From an uncultured delta proteobacterium (GTDB taxonomy: Bacteria > Myxococcota_A > UBA9160 > UBA4427): DNA of 64,000 bases. The translations under genes were made by a program, and so were the position numbers. The stretch lies in contig CAWGJT010000012.1 in NCBI GenBank assembly GCA_963822965.1, positions 352,001-416,000 on the forward strand. Reading direction: 5' to 3'. The notes beneath the pieces are model-generated. The model searched no databases. It was not told the DNA's origin and worked only from the letters and a program-made list of their open reading frames with translations. Of the stretch, positions 1 to 8,820 are shown piece after piece; within the stretch, counting starts at the first letter, position 1, and each line of letters starts with the position of its first letter.

Positions 1-120
1 CGCATCGAGCAGCCGCTGGCGCGTCTCGGCCTTGCGGCGCTGGCGCCGGTCGGGCGGAGCCGCCTCCGCACCGGCGACCTCCGGCAGCGGGGGGACTTCT
101 GCGGACCACTCGGGGCTCAT
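1..120 (-). CDS. TetR-family regulator, N-terminal fragment (runs off window)
   Basis: ATG at 120; MSPEW...DRRQRRKAETRQRLLDA matches the typical TetR N-terminal helix. Confidence 0.65.
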   Translation of the reverse strand, partial: MSPEWSAEVPPLPEVAGAEAAPPDRRQRRKAETRQRLLDA

Positions 121-135
121 GGGCCGATGATTATT

Positions 136-157
136 TGTCAGCAATGACAGTTTGTCA
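136..157. promoter_or_regulatory. Putative TetR operator
   Basis: TGTCA-gcaa-TGACA-gtt-TGTCA overlapping inverted repeats in an AT-rich patch between divergent genes. Confidence 0.6.
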
Positions 158-250
158 ATCGGATCGTCCCACGAGCGACCGCCTTGGCGCCCCGCCGCGG
201 CCATGCTGCAATGGGTCGGCGCCGGCCGACGGCGCCGCGGGAGGTCGGAC

Positions 251-961
251 TTGCTGCTGCTCCACGAGGTCCACGAGCTGAGGGGTGCGCGCGCGGACGA
301 CTTCGAGCGGAGCTACCGCGAGCGCTTCCTGCCGGCCCTGGCCTCGGGAGACGACGCCCGGCTGCTCTACTTCCTGCACCACGCGGTGGGCACCGGCCCC
401 TCGTACCACGTCGTGACCCTCACCGCCCTGCGCGACGGCCGCGCCTGGGACCGCCTCGCAGACCGGATCGAGGCGGGGGACCTGCGGGACTGGACGGTCT
501 CCCTGGACGATCTGCGATACGACGTGCGGGCCAAGATGCTGGTGCCCCTGCCCTGGTCGCCGCTCCAGCAGATCGAGCTTGCGGACGTCCCGTGCGACGG
601 GCGAGAGCACCCGCTCTCACTCTTCATGGAGGACACCGTGTGGCCCTACCCCGGCGGCACCGAGCGCTACGTCGAGGCCGCGGGCTCGCACTACGCCCGG
701 GAGATGCAGGCGCGGAACGACGAGGGCGGCGCCATGTTGCGGATCGAAGGCAGCTTTCGTAGCCGCTTCGGGAGCCACCAGCGCCGGGAGATCGTCCTGT
801 GGCAACGGATCACGTCCACGCGCGGGCTGCTGGGACTGCTGACCCACGAGGTGCCCGCGCGCTTCAAGCAGCCCGGCATGTGGATGCACGACGCGCTCGC
901 CGTGCGGGACCGCTGGCAGAGCCGGCTGCTGCGCACGTCGAGCTGGTCGCCCTGGCACTGA
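251..961 (+). CDS. NIPSNAP-like/hypothetical protein
   Basis: TTG start after GGAGGT RBS; two similar halves, ending RWQSRLLRTSSWSP. Confidence 0.55.
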   Translation: MLLLHEVHELRGARADDFERSYRERFLPALASGDDARLLYFLHHAVGTGPSYHVVTLTALRDGRAWDRLADRIEAGDLRDWTVSLDDLRYDVRAKMLVPLPWSPLQQIELADVPCDGREHPLSLFMEDTVWPYPGGTERYVEAAGSHYAREMQARNDEGGAMLRIEGSFRSRFGSHQRREIVLWQRITSTRGLLGLLTHEVPARFKQPGMWMHDALAVRDRWQSRLLRTSSWSPWH

Positions 962-969
962 GGAACCCG

Positions 970-1719
970 TTGAATCCCTGCCTGCTCATCACCATCTACG
1001 ACCATCCGGACACCATCTACGACGTGGTCTCCGGGCTCGCGCCCATGCGGCTGCCCTGCCTGATCGTAGACGACGGCAGCGCCGAGCCCACCCGCAAGGC
1101 CCTGCGCCAGGCGTGCGACGCGTTTCCCTTCGTCGAGGTCCGTACCCGCACCCGCAACGGCGGTCGGGGCGCCGCGCTCAAGACGGGCTACCGCTGGGCC
1201 CACGACCGAGGCTTCACCCACGCCCTGCAGCTCGACGCCGATGGGCAGCACGACCCCGCCGAGGCCCCGCGCCTGCTGCAGGCGAGCCGCGCGCACCCGA
1301 CGGCCCTCGTCCTGGGCGACCCGATCTTCGACGCATCGGCCCCCCGCAGCCGCCTCTACGGACGCCTCGTCTCGCGCTTCTGGGTGTGGGTGGACACCTG
1401 GTCCTTCGACGTCCACGATCCCCTGTGCGGCATGCGCTGCGTCCCCCTCCGCGAGACGGTGCGGATCCTCGACCGGGCTGCGTGCGGCGACTTCATGGAC
1501 TTCGACCCGGAGCTCACCGTGCGACTCAGCTGGGCGGACGTGCCGATCGTCAACGTTCCGACCCACATTCGCTACTTCGAGGAGGGCGTGTCGCACTTCC
1601 GCATGGTGCGCGACAACGTCCGGCTGAGCCTGCGCTACACGCGGCTCTTCCTCGGAATGCTGCTGCGCATCCCCCGGCTCGTCCGCCGCAGGCTGCGGGG
1701 ACGGTCCGTGGCGCCGTGA
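970..1719 (+). CDS. Glycosyltransferase family 2 (aryl-polyene cluster type)
   Basis: IVDDGS, NGGRGAA, QLDADGQH motifs. Confidence 0.9.
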   Translation: MNPCLLITIYDHPDTIYDVVSGLAPMRLPCLIVDDGSAEPTRKALRQACDAFPFVEVRTRTRNGGRGAALKTGYRWAHDRGFTHALQLDADGQHDPAEAPRLLQASRAHPTALVLGDPIFDASAPRSRLYGRLVSRFWVWVDTWSFDVHDPLCGMRCVPLRETVRILDRAACGDFMDFDPELTVRLSWADVPIVNVPTHIRYFEEGVSHFRMVRDNVRLSLRYTRLFLGMLLRIPRLVRRRLRGRSVAP

Positions 1720-2744
1720 GCGAGGGCGCGAGCTGGCACGAGAAGCGGGAGCGCGGATCGAGCCTCGGCATCCGCATCATCGTGTGGGTGTACCGCAGCC
1801 TCGGCCGGCCCCTCGCCCGGCTGCTGCTGATCCCGATCGTCAGCTACTTCTTCGTCTTCGGCCGCGCCGAGCGCCGGGCGTCGCGTGACTACCTGGAGCG
1901 GCTGTACGCGTCGCCGGAAGGCGCGCGGGCCCTGGGACACCGGCCGGGCTGGCGCGACGTCTACCGCCACATCTACGAGTTCGGCGCAATGGTGCTCGAC
2001 CGCGTGGGCTTCTGGCTCGGGGGTCCCGACGACTTCTCGATCACGGTCCACGGCTCGGAGGAGCTGGACCGGGTGGCCGCCGAAGGCCGCGGCGCCATCT
2101 TCCTGGGCTCGCACCTGGGCAACTTCGATTCCATGCGGCTGCTCGCACACCACCGCTCGCCCATCGCCGTGCACGTGCTCATGTACATCGAGCACGCCGA
2201 GCGGATCAACGCCATGCTGCGACAGCTCCCGGGAGCGAACGTCGAAGGGCGTCCACCGCCCCGGGTGATCCCGATCCAGCCGGGCTCGGTCCAGCACGCG
2301 CTCGAGGTCCGGCGGTGCATCCAGAAGGGCGAGGTGGTCGCGATCCTGGCCGACCGGGTGCATCCGCTGGAGGTCACGCGCGTCGCACGGGTCGAGTTCC
2401 TGGGTGGCACCGCCTCGATCCCCGAAGGTCCCTTCCTGCTGGCAGGCACCCTCGGCTGCCCGGTGCTGATGATGACCTCGATCCGGGCCGGGTCTGGGCG
2501 CTACGAGATCTTCGTCGAGCGGATGGGCGAGAAGCTCGAGATCCCCCGTGCGCGCCGGCGGGAGGCGGTGCGCGAGCACGCTCAGGACTTCGCTCGTCGC
2601 CTCGAGGCGAAGCTGATGCTCGCGCCGCACCAGTGGTTCAACTTCTTCGCGTTCTGGGACGACGACGCGCCGGGCGCGGTGGCCCGAGCGCCCGAGGTGA
2701 CGTCAGGAGCCGCTTCGTCGCCAGGAGAAGGCCAGTCCGTCTGA
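1716..2744 (+). CDS. LpxL-like acyltransferase (aryl-polyene/xanthomonadin cluster type)
   Basis: W..KRERGS N-terminus, SHLGNFD, ILADR, PHQWFNFFAFW; GTGA overlap with GT2. Confidence 0.85.
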   Translation: MSEGASWHEKRERGSSLGIRIIVWVYRSLGRPLARLLLIPIVSYFFVFGRAERRASRDYLERLYASPEGARALGHRPGWRDVYRHIYEFGAMVLDRVGFWLGGPDDFSITVHGSEELDRVAAEGRGAIFLGSHLGNFDSMRLLAHHRSPIAVHVLMYIEHAERINAMLRQLPGANVEGRPPPRVIPIQPGSVQHALEVRRCIQKGEVVAILADRVHPLEVTRVARVEFLGGTASIPEGPFLLAGTLGCPVLMMTSIRAGSGRYEIFVERMGEKLEIPRARRREAVREHAQDFARRLEAKLMLAPHQWFNFFAFWDDDAPGAVARAPEVTSGAASSPGEGQSV

Positions 2745-3446
2745 GGCGAGACGGAGCTCCGGCTCGTCGTTCCAGAACCAGCGCAGGAAGTCGAGCGCCG
2801 CGGGCCACGCGAGACGCGTGACGTCGTCCGCTCCGGCCGGCAACAGGTCGAAGTCCACCGGCGTGCCGGCGGCACTGGCCTCGCGCAAGAGCAGGGCCAC
2901 CGCGTACGGGGGATGCGGGTCGCTCGAGAGATGTGAGACCGGCTCGGGCAGCGCCTCGTCCCCGGTCACGAAGAGAACGGGGCGTCCCGGCTGTCGGTCG
3001 AGCAGGCCGACGGCCTCGAGGAAGCCGTGCTCGAAGGTGCGATTGCGCGACGCCAGGGACTGCGCGGGCTGGTGGTTGCCGGCCCAGATCGAGAAGAGTC
3101 CCACCTGGGTGTTGTGCACCGAATGGCTGAAGGCGGTGGGCGAGAGCGCCTCGTCCCGAGCGAGCGCCTCGAGCATGGAGACGGTGGTTCCGAAGGAGCC
3201 GTGTCGCGAGGCGAACACCGCGGCCACCTCGCTGCGCTCGCCCTCGTCGCAGACCGCGTTCGCGGCGGCGAGCATCATGCGGCTGAGACCGTCGCAGCGG
3301 CGGCGCTGCATGGCCGGCAGGAAGCCCATGTCCGGTGTCACCTCGCCGGCGAGCGCCCGGGGCGCCCGGGCCCACGCCTGCCACGCCGACGCCTCCGAGA
3401 GCCCCGGTGCGAACCCGGCGACGCGTGCCACGGCGACCCGCTTCAC
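2703..3446 (-). CDS. Beta-ketoacyl synthase chain length factor
   Basis: PAMQRRR, FASRHG, LSPTAFSHSVHN; truncated KS N-domain. Confidence 0.85.
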   Translation of the reverse strand: MKRVAVARVAGFAPGLSEASAWQAWARAPRALAGEVTPDMGFLPAMQRRRCDGLSRMMLAAANAVCDEGERSEVAAVFASRHGSFGTTVSMLEALARDEALSPTAFSHSVHNTQVGLFSIWAGNHQPAQSLASRNRTFEHGFLEAVGLLDRQPGRPVLFVTGDEALPEPVSHLSSDPHPPYAVALLLREASAAGTPVDFDLLPAGADDVTRLAWPAALDFLRWFWNDEPELRLASDGLAFSWRRSGS

Positions 3447-4660
3447 GACCGGGGGTCCCCGAGCACGAGGGCGCAGTTGCTGCCTCCGAAGCCGAAGGAG
3501 TTGCTCATCACCGCCGCCGGTGCGGCGCCCTCGACCGCGGTGTCCGGCGCGACGAGCTCGATGGCCGCCAGCGCGGGATCCCGCGCGCCGTCGTAGCAGT
3601 GGGGCGGCAGCAGCAGGCGGCCCCCGGACGCCTCACGGCGTTCGAGGACGAGCCAGCAGAAGGCTGCCTCGATGGCTCCCGAGGCACCCAGGGTGTGCCC
3701 CACCAGGGGCTTGGTGGAGCTGCAGGGAACCGCCGCGGGGAAGACGCGCGCCACCGCCGCGCTCTCCATGGAGTCGTTCTGGGGCGTGCCGGTGCCGTGC
3801 AGGTTCAGGTACGCGATCTGCTCGGGCGCGAGTCCGGCGTCTTCGAGGGCAGCGCGCATGCAGGCCTCCGCGCCCCGGCCCTCCGGCTCCGGCGCCGACA
3901 TGTGGTGCGCGTCGCTGGATTCGCCTCCGCCCAGCAGCTGGACGCCACCGGTCTCGCGGGTCACCAGGAAGAGCGCCGCGCCCTCGCCCAGGGTGAGACC
4001 GTCCCGGTTCACGCTCATCGGGTTCGTGAGCCCGCTCGCCACCGCGTGCAACGCGGCGAATCCGTTCGCGGTGAGACGGCACAGCGAGTCCACCGCACCG
4101 GCGACGACCGCGTCGCAAAAGCCCAGCTCGAGCAGGCTACGGGCCGAGAGCAGCGCCTTGGCGCCCGTCGAGCAGGCGGTCGAGGGCGAGAAGCGCGGGC
4201 CCGTGACGCCCGCCGCACGAGCCACGAGCTCGCTGAGCCCGCCGAACTCGATCTGTGCGAGCGAGAAGGAGCCCGACAGGGAGCCGGTGCGCTCGCGCTC
4301 GCGAAAGGCCGCCTCGGCCTGCGAGAAGCCCGACGTGCTGGAGCCGACGACCACCCCGATGCGATGGGGGCCGAAGGCGTCGCGCGCCGCGTCGAGCTCG
4401 CCGCGGATGGCGTCGAGCGCCGACAGGGCCAGCCGGTTGTTGCGGCAATCGTACTCCCCGAGCGACGCGGGCAGCGCCGGCAGGGTCCCCCGCGCCACCC
4501 CGTAGAACCCGCTCTGTCCGAGAACCAGATCGTCCCGCTGCACGAGCCCCGAGCGGTCGCCGGCCACGAGCCGCGGCCAGGTCTCCCGGGTGTTCTCGCC
4601 CAGGGGCGTGTGCAGACCGAGCGCCGCCAGCCGGCAGGGCGCGCCGCGGACGTGACTCAC
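3443..4660 (-). CDS. Beta-ketoacyl-ACP synthase
   Basis: STACSTG, HGTGT, GHTLG, SNSFGFGG catalytic motifs. Confidence 0.92.
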   Translation of the reverse strand: MSHVRGAPCRLAALGLHTPLGENTRETWPRLVAGDRSGLVQRDDLVLGQSGFYGVARGTLPALPASLGEYDCRNNRLALSALDAIRGELDAARDAFGPHRIGVVVGSSTSGFSQAEAAFRERERTGSLSGSFSLAQIEFGGLSELVARAAGVTGPRFSPSTACSTGAKALLSARSLLELGFCDAVVAGAVDSLCRLTANGFAALHAVASGLTNPMSVNRDGLTLGEGAALFLVTRETGGVQLLGGGESSDAHHMSAPEPEGRGAEACMRAALEDAGLAPEQIAYLNLHGTGTPQNDSMESAAVARVFPAAVPCSSTKPLVGHTLGASGAIEAAFCWLVLERREASGGRLLLPPHCYDGARDPALAAIELVAPDTAVEGAAPAAVMSNSFGFGGSNCALVLGDPRS

Positions 4661-6144
4661 CGGGCGAGCCCCGCCAGCAGCTGCTGCCGGAGGATCTTGC
4701 CCGTGGGCGAGCGCGGCACGTCGCTCGTGATCTCGAAGCTGCGGGGGACCTTGTAGTGGATGAGGTGCTCCCGCGCGAAGCGCCGGATCTCGTCCCGGGT
4801 GAGGACGACCCCCGGCTCGGGGATGATGATGGCCTTCAGGCGGGACGCCGTCGCGCTGTAGGGGATCGGAACGGCGACCACCTCGCGCACGCCCGGGTAT
4901 CTCGCGAGCACGGACTCCACCTCGAGCGGGTTCACCTTCAAGCCCCCCACGTCGATCATGAGCTTGACCCGTCCGGTGAGGTCGAGCCGCCCCTGCGAAT
5001 CGATGCGGCCGAGATCGCCCGTGAGCAGGAAGCCGTCACGGGTCGGCTCGCCTCCGTCCTCGAGATACTCGGCGAGCATCGACGGCGCGGCCACGGCGAT
5101 CTGTCCTTCCGCGCCCGGCGGAACCTCCCGCAGCGGGTCGTCCCCCTCGAGCACCCGCACCCGCACGCCGGGGAACGGCCGTCCGACGCACGCGGGACGG
5201 AAGACCTCGCCGCGGCTCTCGTCCCAGGCGTCGGGGTCGTTGTAGGCGACGGACCCGAACTCCGAGGCGCCGTAGATCTGACCGACGCGGACGCCGAAGA
5301 CCGCGGCGAAGCGCTCGGCGACCTCCGACCCCAACGGGCTCCCCGCCGAGATCACGCGCCGGAGCGCGGGCGCGGGCAGCCGTCCGCTCACGCCACGGGC
5401 CAGGGAATCGAGCATCACGGGCACCGCCGGAAACACGCTGATGCTCCGCTCGGCGAGCGATGCACGCACGCCTTTCACATCGAAGCCGGCATGCAGCTCG
5501 AGCAGGGCGCCCGCCGCGATCCCCGTGAGCACGCCCATGTCGATTCCGTAGGAGTGGTAGGCCGGAATCGCGAGCAGCATCGCGTCGCGTTCGTCCATCC
5601 CGAGCGCGATGCGGCAGCTCTCGCCCACGGCGTCGAGGGCGACGGCCGTGCGTCGCACGGTCTTCGGCGCGCCCGTGGTGCCGGAGCTGCGCAGCAGGAG
5701 CGAGCCCTCACCCCGGCCCGACGGCTCCACGAAGGGCTCCGCCGCTCCGGGTGCGATCTCACCCGCCGGAATTCCCTCCTCGACGTGCCCTTCCAGTGCG
5801 GAGAGCGTCTCGGGGGAGCCGATGGCCGTGGCGGCACCGATGCCGGCGCACAGCCCGCGCAGCTCGCTGGCCGTCGACTCTGGCGCCACCGGAGCCACCC
5901 GAAGACCGGCCCACAAGCCGGCGACGATGCCCGCGACCGCTTCGAAACGATTCCCCGCGCAGACCACCAACGCGCCGCGGCGGCCCCCGGCCTCGAGCCG
6001 GCGCGCCAGCCCCGCCGCCGCCGCGCCGAGCGCACCCCAGTCGAAGGCTCGTTCGGGCTGCTCGCCGCCGACCTCGCGGATCGCGATGGCTGCCGGGCGC
6101 TCGAGACGGTGGCGCAGCAGGGCCGCGACGAGCTTCGATCTCAT
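4657..6144 (-). CDS. AMP-dependent acyl/aryl-CoA or -ACP ligase
   Basis: SSGTTGAPK, YGASE, TGDLG, GRVK, PRSPTGKI. Confidence 0.9.
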   Translation of the reverse strand: MRSKLVAALLRHRLERPAAIAIREVGGEQPERAFDWGALGAAAAGLARRLEAGGRRGALVVCAGNRFEAVAGIVAGLWAGLRVAPVAPESTASELRGLCAGIGAATAIGSPETLSALEGHVEEGIPAGEIAPGAAEPFVEPSGRGEGSLLLRSSGTTGAPKTVRRTAVALDAVGESCRIALGMDERDAMLLAIPAYHSYGIDMGVLTGIAAGALLELHAGFDVKGVRASLAERSISVFPAVPVMLDSLARGVSGRLPAPALRRVISAGSPLGSEVAERFAAVFGVRVGQIYGASEFGSVAYNDPDAWDESRGEVFRPACVGRPFPGVRVRVLEGDDPLREVPPGAEGQIAVAAPSMLAEYLEDGGEPTRDGFLLTGDLGRIDSQGRLDLTGRVKLMIDVGGLKVNPLEVESVLARYPGVREVVAVPIPYSATASRLKAIIIPEPGVVLTRDEIRRFAREHLIHYKVPRSFEITSDVPRSPTGKILRQQLLAGLAR

Positions 6145-6178
6145 CGTGCCAACCGCCCCGCCGTCCCCGCGCTTCGCC

Positions 6179-7153
6179 TCAGTCCTCGCAGCGCAGGATC
6201 CCCTCGGCCTCGACGAGCAGCTCGGGGCGGCACAGATCCGCGGCCGCCAGATCGAAGCGCGTGAGGTTGGGAAAGGCGCCCCGGACCCGCTGCTCGACGG
6301 CGGGGGCATCGCCTTCGCGGACCACGTAGATGCGCAGCTCCCGATAGCGGGCCAGGGCGGCCTGCTGAGCGTCCTCCGCGGCCCGTTTCGCGTCGTCTGA
6401 ATGGGCGGCCTGCGAGAGCGGGCGTTCCGCCACCTCGGCACCGATGGTGGCCAGGTTCAGCAGCGTCTCGGCGAGCTGTCCCTCCAGGTCTCCCGCGTGC
6501 CGGGAATCCTCGCCGACGATGCTGGCCGTGCCCGCCACGAGCCCCACGGTCTGCCACGGCAGGGCCCCGAGCCGCCCCTCCACCCGGGAGGCCCGCGCGA
6601 AGCAGGGCGGCAGGGGCCCATACCGCTGGGAGTAGAGATACGCCGGCCGCTGGCGGGGGTTCTCGAAGGCCGCGGCCGGACGGACCGAGGCCAGCACGTG
6701 GACGACCAGGTCGCGACCGCGATGCCCGACCGCCGACGAGGTCACGTGTCGCGCCTCCGCGTCCTCCGGCGGGTAGCAGGCGTCGTAGCCCCGCTGGCGA
6801 CCGACGTTGAAGACCTCGTAGCGCGAGAAGCCGTCCTGGCTCGGGCGCCGGATGGCCGGCACGTAGTTCCAGATGCGCACGGGCTGCAGGTCCCGGCTCG
6901 CGAGAACCTCGGCCGCGGTGACATAGCAGCGGGTGACGCCGCTCCGGAACGCCGCGTCGTCGAGCAGGACGGCTTCGGGAAGGCTGATCCGCACGAGGAG
7001 CAGGTCCGCAGAGCCCCGGGTCTCCACGACCACCCCTTCCTTCTCGACCTCGGCGCCCTCCGGCGCCGCCGCACCGAGCGCCTCGCTCACCCAGGGCGGC
7101 ACGGTCGGCGGATCGAGTCGGACCAGCGGTGTCGCTTCGGGCCGTCCGGCCAT
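6179..7153 (-). CDS. FkbO/Hyg5/XanB2-family chorismatase
   Basis: RIWNYVPAI, ENPRQRPAYLYSQRYGP.PP.FARA, AGTASIVG, DLCRPELLVEAEG. Confidence 0.88.
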   Translation of the reverse strand: MAGRPEATPLVRLDPPTVPPWVSEALGAAAPEGAEVEKEGVVVETRGSADLLLVRISLPEAVLLDDAAFRSGVTRCYVTAAEVLASRDLQPVRIWNYVPAIRRPSQDGFSRYEVFNVGRQRGYDACYPPEDAEARHVTSSAVGHRGRDLVVHVLASVRPAAAFENPRQRPAYLYSQRYGPLPPCFARASRVEGRLGALPWQTVGLVAGTASIVGEDSRHAGDLEGQLAETLLNLATIGAEVAERPLSQAAHSDDAKRAAEDAQQAALARYRELRIYVVREGDAPAVEQRVRGAFPNLTRFDLAAADLCRPELLVEAEGILRCED

Positions 7154-7464
7154 CGAACTCCCCACTCCTGCTGCGCTGGAGCCATGATCGCAACGACTCC
7201 CCGCGGCTCTCGTCGCGGCTCTCGTCGCACCTTCGTGGCGCCCTTCCCCCCGCCCAGGCTGCGGTCCCCGACGCCCCTTCCCAGGCCCCTTCCAAGACCC
7301 CCCGACCCGGGCGGCTACGGCCCGCGCAGGGCATCGGCGGCAGTGGGGAGCGTATCGGCTCACTATAGCCCAGGACTCGAGTCCGAATAATCGCGCCCGG
7401 CGGATCGATCGCGCGCTCGGTGCGGCTAACCTAGCCCCATCGCCAGCGAGGAACCGCAACGCCC

Positions 7465-8820
7465 GTGAAGATCGCGTTCGTCTCCGGAAACCGGGAGAAG
7501 CTGCCCGACGCCGTCGTGCCGCTCGGCCTGCTGTACGTGATGGCGGCCACGCCCGAGCGTCACGAGAAGGTGCTCGTCGATCTGTGCTTCGAGCGCAGCC
7601 CGGAGGCGGCGCTGCGCCGGCGACTGCTCGAGGTCCAGCCGGATCTCGTCGCCGTGGGCCTGCGCAACATCCAGAACAACGACTACTCGGGAATCGGCGA
7701 CAACGTCGACTACTACGCGGGGCTGGTCCGCGCTGCGCGGGAGGCCTCCGACGCACCGGTGGTGGTGGGCGGATCGGGATTCAGCGTGATGCCCGCCGAG
7801 CTGATGGCCCGGCTCGGCGCCGACTTCGGCATCTCGGGCGAAGGAGAGGCCGCCTTCCCGGCCCTGGCCGAAGCCCTGGAGACGACCCCGGCCGGTCGGG
7901 AGGCCGCCCTCGGGCGCATCGGCAACCTCCACCGCTTCGTCGAGGGCCAGGTCGTGAGCAACCCCGCCGACCGCGCTTTCCTCGACATGAACGCGCTGCC
8001 GGTTCCCGATCGGAGCCTGGCCGACCCGCGCTACTACGAGCGCTACGCGATCGACTCCGTCCAGACCAAGCGAGGCTGCCCCCTGCTCTGCGAGTACTGC
8101 ACCTATCCGGTGATCGAGGGCCGGGTGGGGCGCGCGCGACGGCCGGCGGCCGTCGTCGACGAGATGTTCGCGTGCCTCGAGCAGCAACCGGGCATCCGCC
8201 ACTTCTTCGTCGTCGACTCGGTGTTCAACCTGCCGCGCGCCCACGCGAAGAACGTCTGCCGGGAGCTGATCGAGCGGGGCTGGCAGGTGCCCTGGACGTG
8301 CTACGCGAACCCCCTGGGCTTCGACCGCGAGATGGCCGCCCTGGCCCGGGAGGCCGGCTGCGCGGGGATGGAGATCGGCTCCGACTCGGGCGTCGACGAC
8401 GTGCTGAAGCGCCTCCGCAAGGGGTTCACGACCGATCAGATCCGCGCCATCCACGACCTCTGCAAGGCGGAGGGCGTGCGGGACTGCCACACCTTCATCC
8501 TCGGCACGCGGGGCGAGACCCTCGACGACGTGAAGCGGACCCTCGACTTCGCGGTCGACCTCGACCCCTACAGCGCCATCCTCATGATGTGGGTCGACGA
8601 TTACGAGGCCCTCGACCCGGCGCTCCGCACGGAGCGAATGCGGCTGCGCGACGACATCCGGGACCTGCTGCTGGAGCGCCAGGCGCAGTATCCGTACTGG
8701 AGCATTCCACCGCTCGGCATCAACTTCGACGCGCGCCTCTTCCAGCGGCTGCGCCGACGCGGCATGCACGGGCCGCTCTGGCAGTTCGTGCGCATGGGGG
8801 ACAACAACGCCAATGACTGA
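7465..8820 (+). CDS. B12-binding radical SAM protein (lipid-cluster-associated type)
   Basis: N-terminal cobalamin-binding domain (PLGLLY, VGGSGFS, GEGE) and TKRGCPLLCEYC. Confidence 0.88.
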   Translation: MKIAFVSGNREKLPDAVVPLGLLYVMAATPERHEKVLVDLCFERSPEAALRRRLLEVQPDLVAVGLRNIQNNDYSGIGDNVDYYAGLVRAAREASDAPVVVGGSGFSVMPAELMARLGADFGISGEGEAAFPALAEALETTPAGREAALGRIGNLHRFVEGQVVSNPADRAFLDMNALPVPDRSLADPRYYERYAIDSVQTKRGCPLLCEYCTYPVIEGRVGRARRPAAVVDEMFACLEQQPGIRHFFVVDSVFNLPRAHAKNVCRELIERGWQVPWTCYANPLGFDREMAALAREAGCAGMEIGSDSGVDDVLKRLRKGFTTDQIRAIHDLCKAEGVRDCHTFILGTRGETLDDVKRTLDFAVDLDPYSAILMMWVDDYEALDPALRTERMRLRDDIRDLLLERQAQYPYWSIPPLGINFDARLFQRLRRRGMHGPLWQFVRMGDNNAND

